The notes under the pieces: generated by a model
What the model saw: only the letters and a program-made list of their open reading frames with translations
Told to the model about the DNA's origin: nothing
Databases searched by the model: none
Source: Eledone cirrhosa
Taxonomy: Eukaryota
Direction of reading: 5' to 3'
Assembly (NCBI GenBank): GCA_964016885.1
Contig: OZ024744.1
Span: forward strand, 29,450,001 to 29,514,000
DNA: 64,000 bases
Program-made: the position numbers and the translations under genes
Shown: piece by piece, positions 1 through 21,000 of the stretch
Layout: every line of letters begins with the position of its first letter
Numbering within the stretch: position 1 is the first letter of the stretch

Positions 1-3000
1 TACACCACACCACACCACACCAAATTATACCACACCACACCAGACCACACCACACCACACCACACTACACTACACCGCACTTCACCAGACCACACTTCAC
101 TACACTACACCACACCACACCACACTATACCACACAAGACCTCACACACACTACACCACATCACACCACACTACACCACACTACACCGCACTACACCACA
201 CCACACCACACTACACTAAACCAGACCACACCAGACCACACCACACTACACCACACTACACCACTCCACACCAGGCCACACCACACTACATCACACTACA
301 CCACTCCACACCAGGCCACGCCACACCACACTACACCACACTTCACCACACTACACCATACTACACCAGACCAGACCACACCACACTACACTACACCACA
401 CCACACCAGACCACACCACACTACACCACACTACACCACTCCACACCAGGCCACACCACACTACACCACACTACACCACTCCACACCAGGCCTCGCCACA
501 CCACACTACACCACACTACATCACACCTACACCAGACCAAACCACACCACTCTACAATACACCACACCACATTACACTACACCACACCACATCACACCAA
601 ACTACACAAAACCACAACAGACCACACCACACTACACCACACTACACCATACCACACCACACCACACTACACCACAATACACCACACCACACCACACTAC
701 ACTACACTACACGACACCACACCACACCACACCACACCACACCTCACCACACCACACTACACCAGACCAATCCACACTACACCACACCACACTAGACCAG
801 ACCACACCATACTACACCACACTACACCACACCACACAACACCACACTACATCACACGAGACGACACGACACGACACCACACTACACCACACTACACCGC
901 ACAACACCACACCACACGACACGACACCACACGACACGACACCACACTACACCACACAAAACCACACTACACTACACTACACCACACTACACCACACTAC
1001 ACCACACTACACCAGACCACACGACACCACACTACACTACACCACACCACATTACAGCACACTACACCACACTACACTACACCACACCACACTACACCAC
1101 ACCACACCACACTACACCACACCAGACTACACCACACCACACTACACCACACCACACCACACCAAACTATACCACACTATACCACACTACAGTACACCAC
1201 ACTACACCACACTACACCACACCACACCACACCACACCAGACCACACCACACTATACCACACCACACTACACCACACTACACCACACTACACCAGATCAC
1301 ACTACACCACACTACACCACACTACAGCACACCACACTAGACCACACCACACCACATTACACTACACCACACCACACCACACTAAACACATCACACCTCA
1401 CCACACTTATACCACACCACACCAGACCACGCCACACTACACCACACTATACCACACCACACAACACTATACCTCACCATACCACACTACACCAGACCAC
1501 ATCACAATACAGTGCACTATACCACACCACACTACACTACATTACACCACACCACACCACACCACACCAAATTATACCACACCACACCAGACCACACCAC
1601 ACCACACCACACTACACTACACCGCACTTCACCAGACCACACTTCACTACACTACACCACACCACACCACACTACACCACACAAGACCTCACAACACTAC
1701 ACCACACCACACCACACTACACCACACTACACCACACTACACCACACCACACCACACTACACTAAACCAGACCACACCAGACCACACCACACTACACCAC
1801 ACTACACCACACCACACCACCCCACACCACACTACACCACACTTCACCACACTACACCACACTACACCAGACCAGACCACACCACACTACACTACACCAC
1901 ACCACACTACACTACATCACACCACACCAGACCACACCACACTACACCACACTACACCACTCCACACCAGGCCACACCACACCACACTACACCACACTAC
2001 ATCACACCTACACCAGACCAAACCCCACCACTCTACAATACACCACACCACATTACACTACACCACACCACATCACACCAAACTACACAAAACCACAACA
2101 GACCACACCACACTACACCACACCACACCAAACCACACCACACCACACTACACCACAATACACCACACCACACCACACTACACTACACCACACCACTCTA
2201 CACTACACGACACCACACCACACCACACTACAGCACACTACACCAGACCACACCACACCACACTACACTACACCACACCACACTACACTACACCACACCA
2301 CACTACACTACAGCACACCACACCAGACCACACCACACTACACCACACTACACCATTCCACACCACGCCACACCACACCACACTACACCACACTACACCA
2401 CACCTACACCAGACCACACCATACCACACTACACTACACCACACCACACTACACTACACCACACCACACCAGACTACACCACACTACACCACACTATACC
2501 ACACCATACCACACTACACCAGACCACACCACACTACAGTGCACTACACCACACCACACTACACTACATTACACCACACCACACCACACCAAATTATACC
2601 ACACCACACCAGACCACACCACACCACACCACACTACACTACACCGCACTTCACCAGACCACACTTCACTACACTACACCACACCACACCACACTATACC
2701 ACACAAGACCTCACACACACTACACCACATCACACCACACTACACCACACTACACCGCACTACACCACACCACACCACACTACACTAAACCAGACCACAC
2801 CAGACCACACCACACTACACCACACTACACCACTCCACACCAGGCCACACCACACTACATCACACTACACCACTCCACACCAGGCCACGCCACACCACAC
2901 TACACCACACTTCACCACACTACACCATACTACACCAGACCAGACCACACCACACTACACTACACCACACCACACCAGACCACACCACACTACACCACAC

Positions 3001-6000
3001 TACACCACTCCACACCAGGCCACACCACACTACACCACACTACACCACTCCACACCAGGCCTCGCCACACCACACTACACCACACTACATCACACCTACA
3101 CCAGACCAAACCACACCACTCTACAATACACCACACCACATTACACTACACCACACCACATCACACCAAACTACACAAAACCACAACAGACCACACCACA
3201 CTACACCACACTACACCATACCACACCACACCACACTACACCACAATACACCACACCACACCACACTACACTACACTACACGACACCACACCACACCACA
3301 CTACACCACACTACACCAGACCACACCACACCACACTACACTACACCACACCACACTACACTACACCACACCACACTACACTACAGCACACCACACCAGA
3401 CCACACCACACTACAGCACACTACACCATTCCACACCACGCCACACCACACTACACCACACTACACCACACCTACACCAGACCACACCACATCACACCAC
3501 ACTACACCACACCACACTACACTACACCACACCACACCAGACTACACCACACTACACCACACTACATCACACCTACACCAGACCAAACCACACAACTCTA
3601 CAATACACCACACCACATTACACTACACCACACCACATCACACCAAACTACACAAAACCACAACAGACCACACCACACTACACCACATTACACCATACCA
3701 CACCACACCACACTACACTAGACCACACCACACTACACCACACTACAAGACACTACACCAGATCACAATACACCACACTACACCACACTACACCACACGA
3801 CACTAGACTACACCACACCACATTACACTACACCACACCACACCACACTAAACACATCACACCTCAGCACACTTATACCACACCACACCAGACGACGCCA
3901 CACTACACCACACTATACCACACCAAACCACACTATACCACACCATACCACACTACACCACACCACACCACACTACACCACACTGCACCAGACTACACCA
4001 CACTACACTACATTACACCACACCACACCACACTATACCACACCACACCAGACCACACCACACCACACTACACTACATCGCACTTCACCAGACCACACTT
4101 CACTACACTACACCACACCACACCACACTACACCACACCACACAAGACCTCACAACACTACACCACACCACACCACACTACACCACACTACACCGCACTA
4201 CACCACACCACACCACACTACACTAAACCAGACCACACCAGACCACACCACACCACACTACACCACACTACACCACACCACCCCACACCACACTATACCA
4301 CACTTCATCACACTACACCACACTACACCATACCACACCACACTACACCACAATACACCACACCACACCACACTACACTACACCACACCACACTACACTA
4401 CACCACACCACACTACACTACAGCACACCACACCAGACCACACCACACTACACCACACTACACCACTCCACACCACGCCACACCACACCACACTACACTA
4501 CACCACACCACACTACACTACACCACACCACACCAGACCACACCACACTACACCACACTACATCACACCTACACCAGACCAAACCACACCACTCTACAAT
4601 ACACCACACCACATTACACTACACCACACCACATCACACCAAACTACACAAAACCACAACAGACCACACCACACTACACCACACAACACCATACCACACC
4701 ACACCACACTACACTACATTACACCACACCACAACACACAATACCACACCACACCAGACCACACCACTCCACACTACACTACACTGCACTTCACCAGACC
4801 ACACTTCACTACACTACACCAGACCACACCACACTACACCACACCACACAAGACCTCACAACACTACACCACACCACACTACACAACACTACACCGCACC
4901 ACACCACACCACACTACACTAAAGCAGACCACACCAGACCACACCACACTACACCACACTACACCACCCCACACCACTCTACACCACACTTCACCACACT
5001 ACACCACACTACACCAGACCACACCACACCACACTACACTACACCACACCACACTACATTACACCACACCACACCAGACCACACCACACTACACCACTCC
5101 ACACCAGGCCACACCACACCACACTACACCACACTACATCACACCTACACCAGACCAAAGCACACCACTCTACAATACACCACACCACATTACACTACAC
5201 CACACCACATCACACCAAACTACATAAAACCACAACAGACCACACCACACTACACCACACTACACCATACCACACCGCACCACACTACACCACAATACAC
5301 CACACTACACCACACTACACCACACTACACCACACCACACCACACCACACTACACTACACCACACCACACTACACTACACCAAACCACACCACACTACAC
5401 CACACTACACCAGACCACACCACACAACACTACACTACACCACACCACACTACACTACACCACATCACACCAGACCACACCACACTACACCACACTACAT
5501 CACACCTACACCAGACCAAACCACACCACTCTACAATACACCACACCACATTACACTACACCACATCACACCAAACTACACAAAACCACAACAGACCACA
5601 CCACACTACACCACACTACACCATACCACACCACACCACACTACACCACACCACACTACACCACACCACACTACACTACACCACACCACACCACACCACA
5701 CTACACCACACTACACCAGACCACACCACACTACACTACACCACACTACACCACACCACACCACACCACACTACACCACACTACACCAGACCACACGACA
5801 CTACACTACACTACACCACACTACACTACACCACACCACACCAGACCACACCACACTACACCACATTACACCACACCACACTACACTACACCACACTACT
5901 CCAGATCACAACACACTACACCACACTACACCACACCACACTACACCACACCACTCCACCCTACACCACACTGCACCAGACCATACCACACTACACCACA

Positions 6001-9000
6001 ATACAGCACACCAGAACACACCACACCACACCATACCACACCACACTACACCACACCACACTACACCAGAGCACGCCACACTGCACCAAACTACACCACA
6101 CCACACTACACCACCCCACACCACACTACACCACACCAGACCACATCACACTACACCACACCACACTACACCACACCAGACCACACTACAACACAGTACA
6201 CCACCCCACCCCACACCACATTACACCACACTACACCACACTACACCAACGAGACCACACCACACCAAACTACACTAAACCACACTACACTACACCACAC
6301 CAGACCACACCAGAATACACCACACTACACCACTCCACACCACAACCACACCAGACCACACCACACCACACTACACTACACCACAACACACCACACCAAA
6401 CTACACAAAACCACACCAGACCCTACCACACTACACCACACCACTCTACACCACAATACACCACACTACACCACACTACACCACACTACACCACACCACA
6501 CCACACCACACCACACTACACTACACCACACCACACTACACCACACCACACCACACCACACTACACCACACTACACCACACCACACCACACTACACTACA
6601 CCACACCACACTACACTACACCACACCACACCACACCACACTACACTACAGCACACCACACCTGACCACACCACACTACACCACACTACACCACTCCACA
6701 CCACGCCACAGCACACCACACTACACCACACCTAGACCAGACCACACCACACTACACCACAATACATCACACCTACACCAGACCAAACCACACCACACCA
6801 CACTACACTACACCACACCACACTACACCACACCACACCAGACCACACCGCACAACACCACACTACACCACACCACACCACACTACACCACACTACACCA
6901 CACCAGACCACACCACACCAGACTACACCACACTACAGCACACTACACCAAACTACACCACATTAAACCACACCACACCACACTACACCACACAACACTA
7001 CACCACACCACACCTGACCACACCACACTACACCACACTACACCAGAGCACACGACACTACACTCCACCACACTACACCACACCACACCAGACCACACCA
7101 CACTACACGAGACCACACCACACTACACCACACTACACCAAACCACACCACACCACACTAAACCAGACCTCAACACACTACACTACACTACACCACACCA
7201 CACTACACTACACCAGACCAATCCACACTACACCGCACTACACCACACCACACCACACCATACCACACCACACTACACCACACTACACCACACTACACCA
7301 CACTAAACCACACTGCACCACACTACAGCACACTACACCAGACCACACCACACTACACTACACCACACTACACTACACCACACTACACCAGACTACACCA
7401 CGCTACACCACACTACACCACACCACACCACACCACACCAAACCGCACTACACTACACCACACCACACGACACCACACCAGACCACACCACACTACACCA
7501 CACTACACTACACCACACCACACCACACTACACCATACCACACCAGACCACACCACACTACACCACACTACACCACACCACACCACACTACACTACACCA
7601 CACTACACCAGACCACAACACACTACACTACACCGCACCACACCACACCACACTACACCAGACCAATCCACACTAAACTACACCACACTACACCAGACCA
7701 CAACATACTACACCACACTACACCACACCACACAACACAAGACCACACCACACCACACCACACCACACCACACCACACTAGACTACACTACACTACACTA
7801 CACTACACCACACCACACACACACTAAACCACACTACACCACACTACACCACACTACACAAGACCACACCACACCACAATGCACTACACCGGACCACACC
7901 ACACTACAGCACACTACACCACACTACAATACAGAACACCACACCACACTACACCACACTGCACCAGACCATACCAAACCACACCACACTACACCACACC
8001 ACACTACACCAGACCACACCACACTGCACCACACTATACCACACCACACTACACCACACCACACCACACTACACCACACCAGACCACACCACACTACACC
8101 ACACTACACCACACCACACTACACCACACTACACCACACCAGACCACACCACAGCACTCTAGACTACACCACACTACAACACACTACACCACATCACACC
8201 ACAATACAGCACACTACACCAAACTACACCACATTACACCACACCACACCACAATACACCACACCAGACCACACCACACTACACCACACTACACCACACC
8301 ACACCACACTACACTACACCACACTACACCATACCACACCACACCACACCACACTACACAAGAGCACACCACACTACACCACACCACACCACACTACACT
8401 ACACCACACTACACCAAACCACACCACACTACACCAGACCACAACACACTACACCACACTACACTACATCACACCACCACAACACACTACACGAGACCAC
8501 TCCACACTACACCACACTACACCACGCCACACTATACTACACAACACCACACAACACCACACCACACCACACCACACCACACCATACCACACCACACCAC
8601 ACCACAGCACACTACACCACACTACACCACACTACACCACACCACACCACACTAAACCACACTACATCACACTACACCACACTACACCATACTACACCAC
8701 ACTACACCAGACCACACCACCCACACTACACTACACCAGACCACACCACACTACAACACACTACACCACACTGCACTACACTACACCACACCAGACCACA
8801 CCACACTACACCACACCACACTACACCACACCACAACACACTACAACACACTACACCACACCACACCACACCAAACCAGACCAGACCACACCACACTACA
8901 GCACACCACACCACACCACACCACACTACACCACAATACACAACACTACACCAGACCACACCACACCACACTACACTACACCACACCACACTACTCTACA

Positions 9001-12000
9001 CCACACCACACCAGACCACACCACGCTACACCACACTACACCACAGCACACCCCACCACACTACACCACACTACACCACACTTCACCAGACCACACCACA
9101 CTACACTACACCACACTACACTACACCACACCACACCACACCACACCACACCACACCACACCACACTACACCACATAAAGCTACACCAGACCACACCACA
9201 CCACACCACACCACACCACACCACACCACACTACACCACATAAAGCTACACCAGACCACACCACACTACACCACACCACACCACATCACACAACACCACA
9301 CCACACTACACCATACCAAACCTGACCACATCACACCACACCACACCAAACCAGACCACACCACACCACACCACACCACACCACACCACACTACACCGCA
9401 TAAAGCTACAGCAGACCACACCACACTACACCACACCACACCACATCACACAACACTACACCGCACTATAGCACACCAAACCACACTACACCACACTACA
9501 CCACACTACACCAGACCACACCACACCACACTACACTACACCACACCACACTACTCTACACCACACCTCACCAGACCACACCACGCTACACGACACTACA
9601 CCACAGCACACCACACCACACTACACCACACTACACCACACTACACCAGACCACACCACACTACACTACACCACACTACACTACACCACACCACACCACA
9701 CCACACCACACCACACTACACCACATAAAGCTACACCAGACCACACCACACTACACCACACCACACCACACTACACAACACCACACCACACTACACCAGA
9801 CCACACCACACTACACCACACTACACCATACCACACCACACCACTCCACACCAAACAACACCACACTTCCCCACACCACACTACACCACGATACACCACA
9901 CCAGACCAGACCACACCACACCACACAACCCCACACCACACAACACCACACTACACCACACTACACCACACTACATGACACTACACCACACTACATGACA
10001 ATACACCATACTACACACATTATACCACAATACACCACGCTACACCACACTATGCCGCACTAAACCACTCTATACTACACTATACCACACTGCACTACAC
10101 TACACCACACAAAACTACACTACACCACACTACACCAGACCACACCACACCACACTACACTACACCACACCACACTACTCTACACCACACCACGCCAGAC
10201 CACACCACGCTACACCACACTACACCACAGCACACCACACCACACTACACCACACTACACCACACTACACTACAACACACCACACCACACCACACCACAC
10301 CACACTACACCACATAAAGCTACACCAGACCACACCACACTACACCACACCACACCACACTACACTGCACCATACCACACTACACCAGACCACACCACAC
10401 TACACCACACTACACCATACCCCACCACACCACTACAGACCACACCACACCACACTTCCCCACACCACACTACACCACGATACACCACACCAGACCAGAC
10501 CACACCACACCACACAACACCACACTAGACCAAACTACACCATACTACATGACACTACACCACACTACATGACAATACACCAAAATACACCACACGACAC
10601 CAAATTACACTATACACACTACACAACACTCCACCACACTATACCACACTACACCAAAGAACACGACATCAAACTACACCACACTACAACACATCACACT
10701 ACACCACATTAGACCACACTACACTACACCACACTACAACACATTATACCACACCACACCATACTACACACATTATACCACAATACACCACGCTACACCA
10801 CACTATGCCACACTAAACCACTCTACACTACACTATACCACGCTGCACTACACTACACCACACCAAACTACACAACACTACACGACACTATAACCCACCA
10901 CACTACACTACACCACACTACACTACAGTACACCACAATATACCATACTACACCACACTACAACACACTATACCACACTATACCACACCACACCAGACTA
11001 CAGCACACTACAGCACACTATATCACACTACACCACAATACACCACTCTACCCCACACTACACCACACCAACCACACTACACCAAACTACACTACACCAC
11101 ACTACACCACATTACACCACACCACAGCACACTACACCATACTACACCACACCAAACTACACCAAACTACACTACACCAAACTACACAACACTACACTAA
11201 ACTATACTACACTACTCCACACTACACCATAGTACACCGCACTGCACCAAACCACACCACACCACACCACACCACACCACATTACACCATACTACACCAC
11301 ACTATAACACACTACACCACACTATACCACACTACACTACACTACACCACAACTCCACACTACACGACACTACACCACACTACACCAAACTACACAACAC
11401 TACACTAGACCACACCACACTACGCTACACCACACTATACCACATTACACCACACAATACCACACTACACTACATTACACCATACTACACTACACTACAC
11501 CACAACATACTATACCACACCACACCATACTACACCACACTATACCACACTACACCACACTACACCACAATATACCATACTAAACCACAATATTCTACAC
11601 TATACCACATTACACTACACTATACTAAACTACACCACACCAAATTACACCACGCTAAACCGCAGTATACCTCACTTCAGTACACTACACCACACTACAC
11701 CACAGTACGCCACAGTACACCACATTACGCCACACTACACCACAATACACAACACTACACCACTTTATACTACACTACACCACACTACACCACACAATAC
11801 AACACTACACTACACCACACCACAATACACCACACAACACAACAACACACTACACTGCAACAGACTACACAACACTACACGACACTACACCACAATACAC
11901 CACACCACACTACACCACACTACACCACACTACACCACACTACACGACACTATACCACACTACACCACACCACACCAGACTACAGCACACGACACAACAT

Positions 12001-15000
12001 TATACCACACTACACCACACTACATAACACAGTACACCACACTACACCGCACTATACGATAGTACACACACTACACCGCACTACACTACACCAAACTATA
12101 CCCCACTACACCACACCCCACTACACCACACCCCACTACACCACACTATACCACACTACACCACACTACACCACACTACACCACACTACACCACAATACA
12201 TCACTATACAACGCTACACCAAACTATACTACACCCCACCCCACTACACCACACTACACCATACTACACCACACTACATGACACTACACCACACTACACC
12301 ACACTCAACCAAAATACTCGACAAGACACCACACCACACTACACCACACTATACCACACTACACCACACTACACCACACTACACCACAATACATCACTCT
12401 ATACAATACTACACCAAACTATACTACACCACAACACAATACACCACACTACACCACACTACACCCCACTACACCACACTACATCACACTACACCACACC
12501 CAGATCAGACTACACCACACTACACCAGAATAGACTACACTATACCACAGCACACCACACTACACCACACGATACCACACGAAACCACACTACACCACAG
12601 TACACCGCACTATACCGCAGTACACCACACTCCACTACACAACACGACACCACACTACGCCACACTACACCACACTACACCACACTACACCACACTGCAT
12701 CACTACACAACACTACACCACACTACACCATACTACACTACAGTACACTACATTACACTACACTACACTACACTAAACTACACTACACTACAGTACACTA
12801 CACAACACTACAGCACACTACAGCACACGACAGCACACTACAGCACACTACACCAAACTACATTACACAAAACCCCACCAAACTACATCACACTACGCCA
12901 TACTACACCAAACTACACCACAACACACTACACCACACTACACAACACTACACCACACTTCACCGCAATATACCGCAGTACACCACACTCCACTACACCA
13001 CACTACACCACACTACGCAACACTAGACCACACTACATCACACTACACCACACGACACCACACCACGCCACACCACACTACAGCAAACTATACCACACTA
13101 CACCATACACCACTTCACTACACCACACTACACCAAACTGTACCACACTACACCACACCACACTGCACTACTACAGACAACACCAAACCACACTACCCAA
13201 CACTAAACCGTATTACACCAAACTATAAAACACTACACTACACCAAACTACACCACACTATACCACATCACATCACAATACACCACACTATAGCACACTA
13301 CACCACACTGCACCACACAATACCACACTACACTACACCACAATATACCAAAATACACCACACTACACCACACTAAACCACACAACACCACACAACACCA
13401 CACTACACCACACTACACCAAGCTACACCACACTTAAGCAGACTACACCAAACCACACTACACAATACCACGACAAACTACGCCACACTACACCACACTA
13501 CACCACACTAAACCACACAACACCACACAACACCACACTACACTACACTACACCAAGCTACACCACACTACACCACACTTAAGCAGACTACACCAAACCA
13601 CACTACACAATACCACGACAAACTACGCCATACTACACGACACTACGCCACACAACACCACACTACACTACACTACACCACACCACACTACACTACACCA
13701 GATCACACTACACTACACCACATTACACCACACTATACTACACTGCACCACACTACAACACAATATACCACACCATACTACACACACTATGCCACTCTAC
13801 ATCACGCTACACCACACTATCCACACTAAACCACTCTATACTACACTATACCACACTGCACTACACTACAGCACACTACACCACACTACACCACACTATA
13901 CCCCACCACACTACAGTACACCACACCACAGTACACCAGAGTATACCACACTACAACACACTATACCAAACTACACCACACCACACCAGACTACAGCACA
14001 CTAGACCATACTACACTACGCTACACCACACTATACTCCACCACACTACACTACAACAAACTACATCACACTATAGCACGCCATATCACAATACACCACA
14101 CTATAGACACTACACCACATTACACCACACTGTACCACACTAAACCACACTACAACACACTATACAACATTACACCACACCAAAATACAGCATACTACAC
14201 CACACTACACCACACTACACCACACCAAACCACACTACACCAGACTACACCACACCACACTACACCATACTACACCACACCACACTACACCATACTACAC
14301 CACACAATACGACACCATACCACACTACACCACACTAGACCACACTGCACCAATACGCCACACCACACTGCACCACAACAGCACACTACACCACGCTACA
14401 CCATACTACACTACACCCCACCACACTACACTACACAGCATTACACTACACTACACCACATTACACCTCACCACATTACAACACACTATACCACCACAGT
14501 ACACCACACTACACTACACCACACTACACCAAAATACACCACAACCCACCATATCACACCACACCACATTACACCATACTACACGACACTATACCACACT
14601 ACACGCTATACCACACTACACTACACTACACCACACAACTCCACATTACACGACACTACACAACACTACAGCACACTATACCACACTACACCACACTACA
14701 CCACACTACACTAGACCACACCACACTACGCTACACCATACTATACCACATCGCACTACACAACAAAACACCACATTACACCACACTATACCACACTAGA
14801 CCACACTATTCTACAATATACTACACTACACTATACCACACTACACTACACTACATTAAAACATACTACACTACACTACACCACACTACAACATACTATA
14901 CCACACCACACTTTACTGCACCACACTATAACACACTAAACCACGGTACACCACAATATACCACACTAAACCACAATATTCTACACTATACCACATTACA

Positions 15001-18000
15001 CTACACTATACTACACTACACCACACCAAAACTACACCATGCAACACCACAGTACACCACAGTACACCACACTACGCCACACTACACCACACTACACCAC
15101 ACTACACAACACAAAACAACACTACATTACACCACACTACACCACACAACACAACAACACACTGCACTACACCAGACTACACAACACTACTACACTGCAC
15201 CACACTAGACGAAACTATACGACAATACACCACACTATACCACACTACACCACACTACAAGACACTATACAACAGTACACAACACTATACGATAGTACAC
15301 CACACTACACCGCACTACACTACACCAAACTACACCACACTATACCACACCCCACTACGCCACACTACACCACACTATACCACACTACACCACACTACAA
15401 TACACTACACCACACTACACCTCACTACACCACAGTGCGCCACACTCCTCTACATCACACTATACCACATGACACGACACCACACTATGCCACACCACAC
15501 TACACCACAATACACCAAACTACACCACAATACACCACGCTATACCACACTACACCAGACTACACCACACTATACCGAACTACACTACACTACACCACAC
15601 CAGAGTACACCACACTACACCACACTATACAACCCTACAATACACCACACGACACTACACTATACAACACAACAACACACTACACTACACCAGACTACAC
15701 AACACTACACTACACTACACCACAATACAGCACACGACGCGACACCACACTACACCACACTACATGACATTACACCACACTACACGACACTACACCAAAA
15801 TACACCACACTACGAAACACTACACCACACTGTACCACACAACACCAGACTCCACCACACTACACCACAATACACCACAACACACTACACCACACTAGAC
15901 TACACTATACCACATTACACCACACTACACCACGCCACACTATACCACACTACACCACACCACACCACACTACACCACAATACACCACACTACACCACAC
16001 TATACAACACTACACTTCACCACACCACAGCAGACTACATCACACTACTCAACACTATACCACACTACACCACACTACACTACACCACATTACAGCACAC
16101 TACACTACACTACACTACACCACACTACAACACAATATACCACACCACACCATACTACACATATTATAACACACTACACCACCCTACACCACACTATACC
16201 ACACTAAACCACTCTATAGTACACGATACCACACTGCACTACACTACACCACACTACACCACACCAAACTACACCACACTATACCCCACTACACCACACT
16301 ACACCACACCACACTATACCATACTACACCACTCTACACCACACTATACCACACTACACCAAACTGCACCACACAACTCGACACTACACGACTACACCAC
16401 ACTACACCACACTACACCACACTACACCACACTACACCACACTACAATACACCACACTACGCTACACCACACTATACCACACCACACTACACAACACTAT
16501 ACCACACTACACTACACTACATTACACCACACTACACCACACTACACCACACTACACCACAATACACCACAACACACTACACCATACTAGATCGCAACTT
16601 ACCACACTACACCACACTACACCACACCACACTACACCACACTATACCACACTACACGACACCACACTACACCATACTACGCCACACTACACCACAATAC
16701 ACCACACTACATCACACTACACCACAACACACTACACTACACCAGACTACACTACACTACACCACACTACACCACACCACACTACACAACACTACACGAA
16801 ACTATACCACACTACACCACACTACACCACACTACACCACACCACACCAGAGTACATCACACTACACAACACTATAGCACACTAAACCACACTATACCAC
16901 ACTAAACCACACTACACCGCACTATACGATAGTACACCACACTACACCGCACTACACTACACCACACTAAACCACACTACACCACACCCCACTACACCAC
17001 ACTACAACACACTACACCACACTACATCACACTACACCACACTATACCACACCACACTACACCACAATACAACACAGTACACCACACTACACCACACTAC
17101 ACCAGACTATACCACAATACACCACACGAAACTACACCACACTACACCACACTACACTATACCACACCACACTACACCACACTATACCACACAACACCAC
17201 ACTATACCACACTACACCGCACTATAACGCAGTACACACACGCTACTGCACCACACTAAACCACACTAAACCACACAACACCACACTATACCACACTACA
17301 CAACACCACACAACTCAACACTACACATCACCGCACCACACTACACCACACTAGACCACACCACACTACACCACAATACACCACACTGTACCACACTGCA
17401 CTACACTACACTACATCACACTACACCACGCTACACCAGACTACACCAGACTAAAGCACACTACACCAAACTACACTACACAATACCACAACATACTACA
17501 CCACACTACAGCACAGTATGCCATACCACACCACACTACACCACACCACACTACACTACACTACACCAGATTACACTACACTATACCACACTACACCATA
17601 CTAAACCACACTAAACTACACCACATTACACCACACTACACTACACTACACCACACTACAACACAATATACCACACCACACCATACAACACACATTATAC
17701 CACACTACACCACCCTACACCACACTATACCACACTAAACCACCCTATAGTACACTATACCACACTGCATTACACCACACCACACTACACCACATCAAAG
17801 TACACCTCACTACACCACACTATACCCCACCACACTACACCATACTACACGACAGTACACCACACTACACCAGAATACACCACACCACACTACACCATGC
17901 TACACCACACTACAGCACACTACACTACACCACATTACACCACAGTACATTACACTACATTACACTACAACACAATATACCACACTACACTACACTACAC

Positions 18001-21000
18001 TACACTACACCACACCACACTACCACACTACGCCACACCACACTACACTACACCACACTATACCCCACTACACTACACCACACTACACCACAATACACCA
18101 CACCACACTACACCATACTACACCACACTACACTGCATACTACGCCACACTACACCACACTGCACTCTACACCACACTACACCACGCTACACCACACCAC
18201 ACTACACTACACTACACTACACTACACTACACTACACTACACTACACTACACTACACTACACTACACTACACTACACTACAACACACTACACCACCCTAC
18301 ACCACACTACTGCACACTACACCAAACTACATTACATAAAACGCCACCAAACGACACGGCACTACACCACACTACGCCACACTAAACTATACTGCAGCAG
18401 ACCACAGTACACCACACTGTACCACACAACACCACACTACACCACACTACACCGTACTATACCGCAGTACACCACACTCCATTACACCACACTACACGAC
18501 ATTACGCCACACTACACCACACTGCACCACACTACACCACACTACACTACACCACACAACACCACACCACACTACGCCACATTACACCACACTATACTAC
18601 ATTAAAACACACAACACTACACTACACCACACTACACCAAACTGTACCTCACTACACCACACCACATTACACCACACTACACCACTCTACACTACACTAA
18701 AACACACCACACCACACTACATCACACTACACTACACTACATTACAGCACACTACACTACACCACACTACAACACAATATACCACACCACATCATACTAC
18801 ACACACTATACCACACTACACCACGCTAAACCACACTACACCACACTACAACACACTATACCACGCAACACGACACCACACGAGACTGCAGTACACTACA
18901 CCACACTAGACGACACTACACCACACTATACCCCACCACACTATACTACACCACACTACACCACAGTACACAACGATATACCACACTACACCACACTACA
19001 ACACACTATACCACGCAACACAACACCACACGAGACTACAGTACACTACACCACACTAGACGACACTACACCACACTACACCACACTAGACGACACTACA
19101 CCACACTACACCACACTACACCACACCAAACCTCACTACACCACACTACACCACACCACACTACACCATACTACACCACACTATACAACACTATAACACA
19201 CTACACCACACTTCACCACACTGCACCACTACACCACAACACACTACACCACACTACACCATACTACACTACACTACATTACACTACACTACACTACACT
19301 ACACTACACTACACCACACTACAACACACTACACCAAACTACATTACACAAACCCCACCAAACTACACCACACTACACCACACTGCACCACACTACCCCA
19401 CACGACACCACACTACACCACCCTACACCAACTACACCCCACTAAACCACACTACACCACGCTACACTACACCACACTACACCTAAACTACACTACACTA
19501 CACTACAACACACTATACCACCACACTACACTACACTACACTACAATACACTACACTACACCACACCACACTACACCACACTACACAGCACTAAAATACA
19601 CCACACTACGCTACACCACACTATACCACACCACACTACTCAAAACTACACCACACTACACCACACTATACCACACTACACCACACTATACCACACTACA
19701 CTACACCACATTACACCACACTACACCACACTACACCACACTACACCACACTATACCACAGAACACCACACTACACCACACTACACCAGACTATACCACA
19801 ATACACCACACGAAACTACACCACATTTCACCACACCCACATCAGACTACACCACACTACACCACACTACACCACACTACACCACACTACACGACACGAC
19901 ACCACACTACACTATACCACACCACACAACACCACACTATACCACACTACAACTCAATATCACGCAGTACACACACCCTACTACACCACACTAAACCACA
20001 CTACGTCACACTACATCACACTATACAACACTACAACACACCTACACCACACTACACCACACAACATCACACCACACTGGGCCCCACTACACCACACTAT
20101 ACCACACTACACCAAATAATAACACACTACACCACACCACATTACACCACACTACACCACTCTACACTACACCACACCGCCCTACACCACACTACATAAC
20201 ACTACACTACACAACACGACACCAAACTACACCACACTACACTACACTACTACACACTACACGACACCACCTTACCCAAAACTACACCACATTACACCAC
20301 ACTATACCACACTACACTAAACCAAACTACATCACAATATAGCGCACCATATCACAATACGCCACACTATAGCACACTACACCACACTACACCACACTAT
20401 ACCACACTAAACCACACTACACCACACTACACCGAAATACACCAGACTACATCACACTAAACCACACAACACCACACTATACCAGACTACACTACACCAC
20501 ACAACTCAACACTATACATCACGGCACCACACTACACCACACTAGTCCACACCACACTACACCACAATACATCACACTGTACCACACTGCACTACACTAC
20601 ACCACACTACAACACACTACACCACACTACACCACACTACACCACACTACAACAGACTAAAGCACACTACACCAAACTCCACTACACAATACCACAACAT
20701 ACTACACCACACTACACGACAGTACACCACAATATACCACACTACACCACACTACACCACACCACACTAGACTACACTACACCAGACTACACTACACTGT
20801 ACCACACTACACCAAACTATACCACACTACACTACACCACATTACACTACACTACACTACACTACACTACACCACATTACAACACAATGTACCACACCAC
20901 ACCATACTAAACACTTTATACCACACTACCCCACCCTACACCACACTATACCACACTAAACCACTCTATAGTACACTATACCACACTGCACTACACCACA

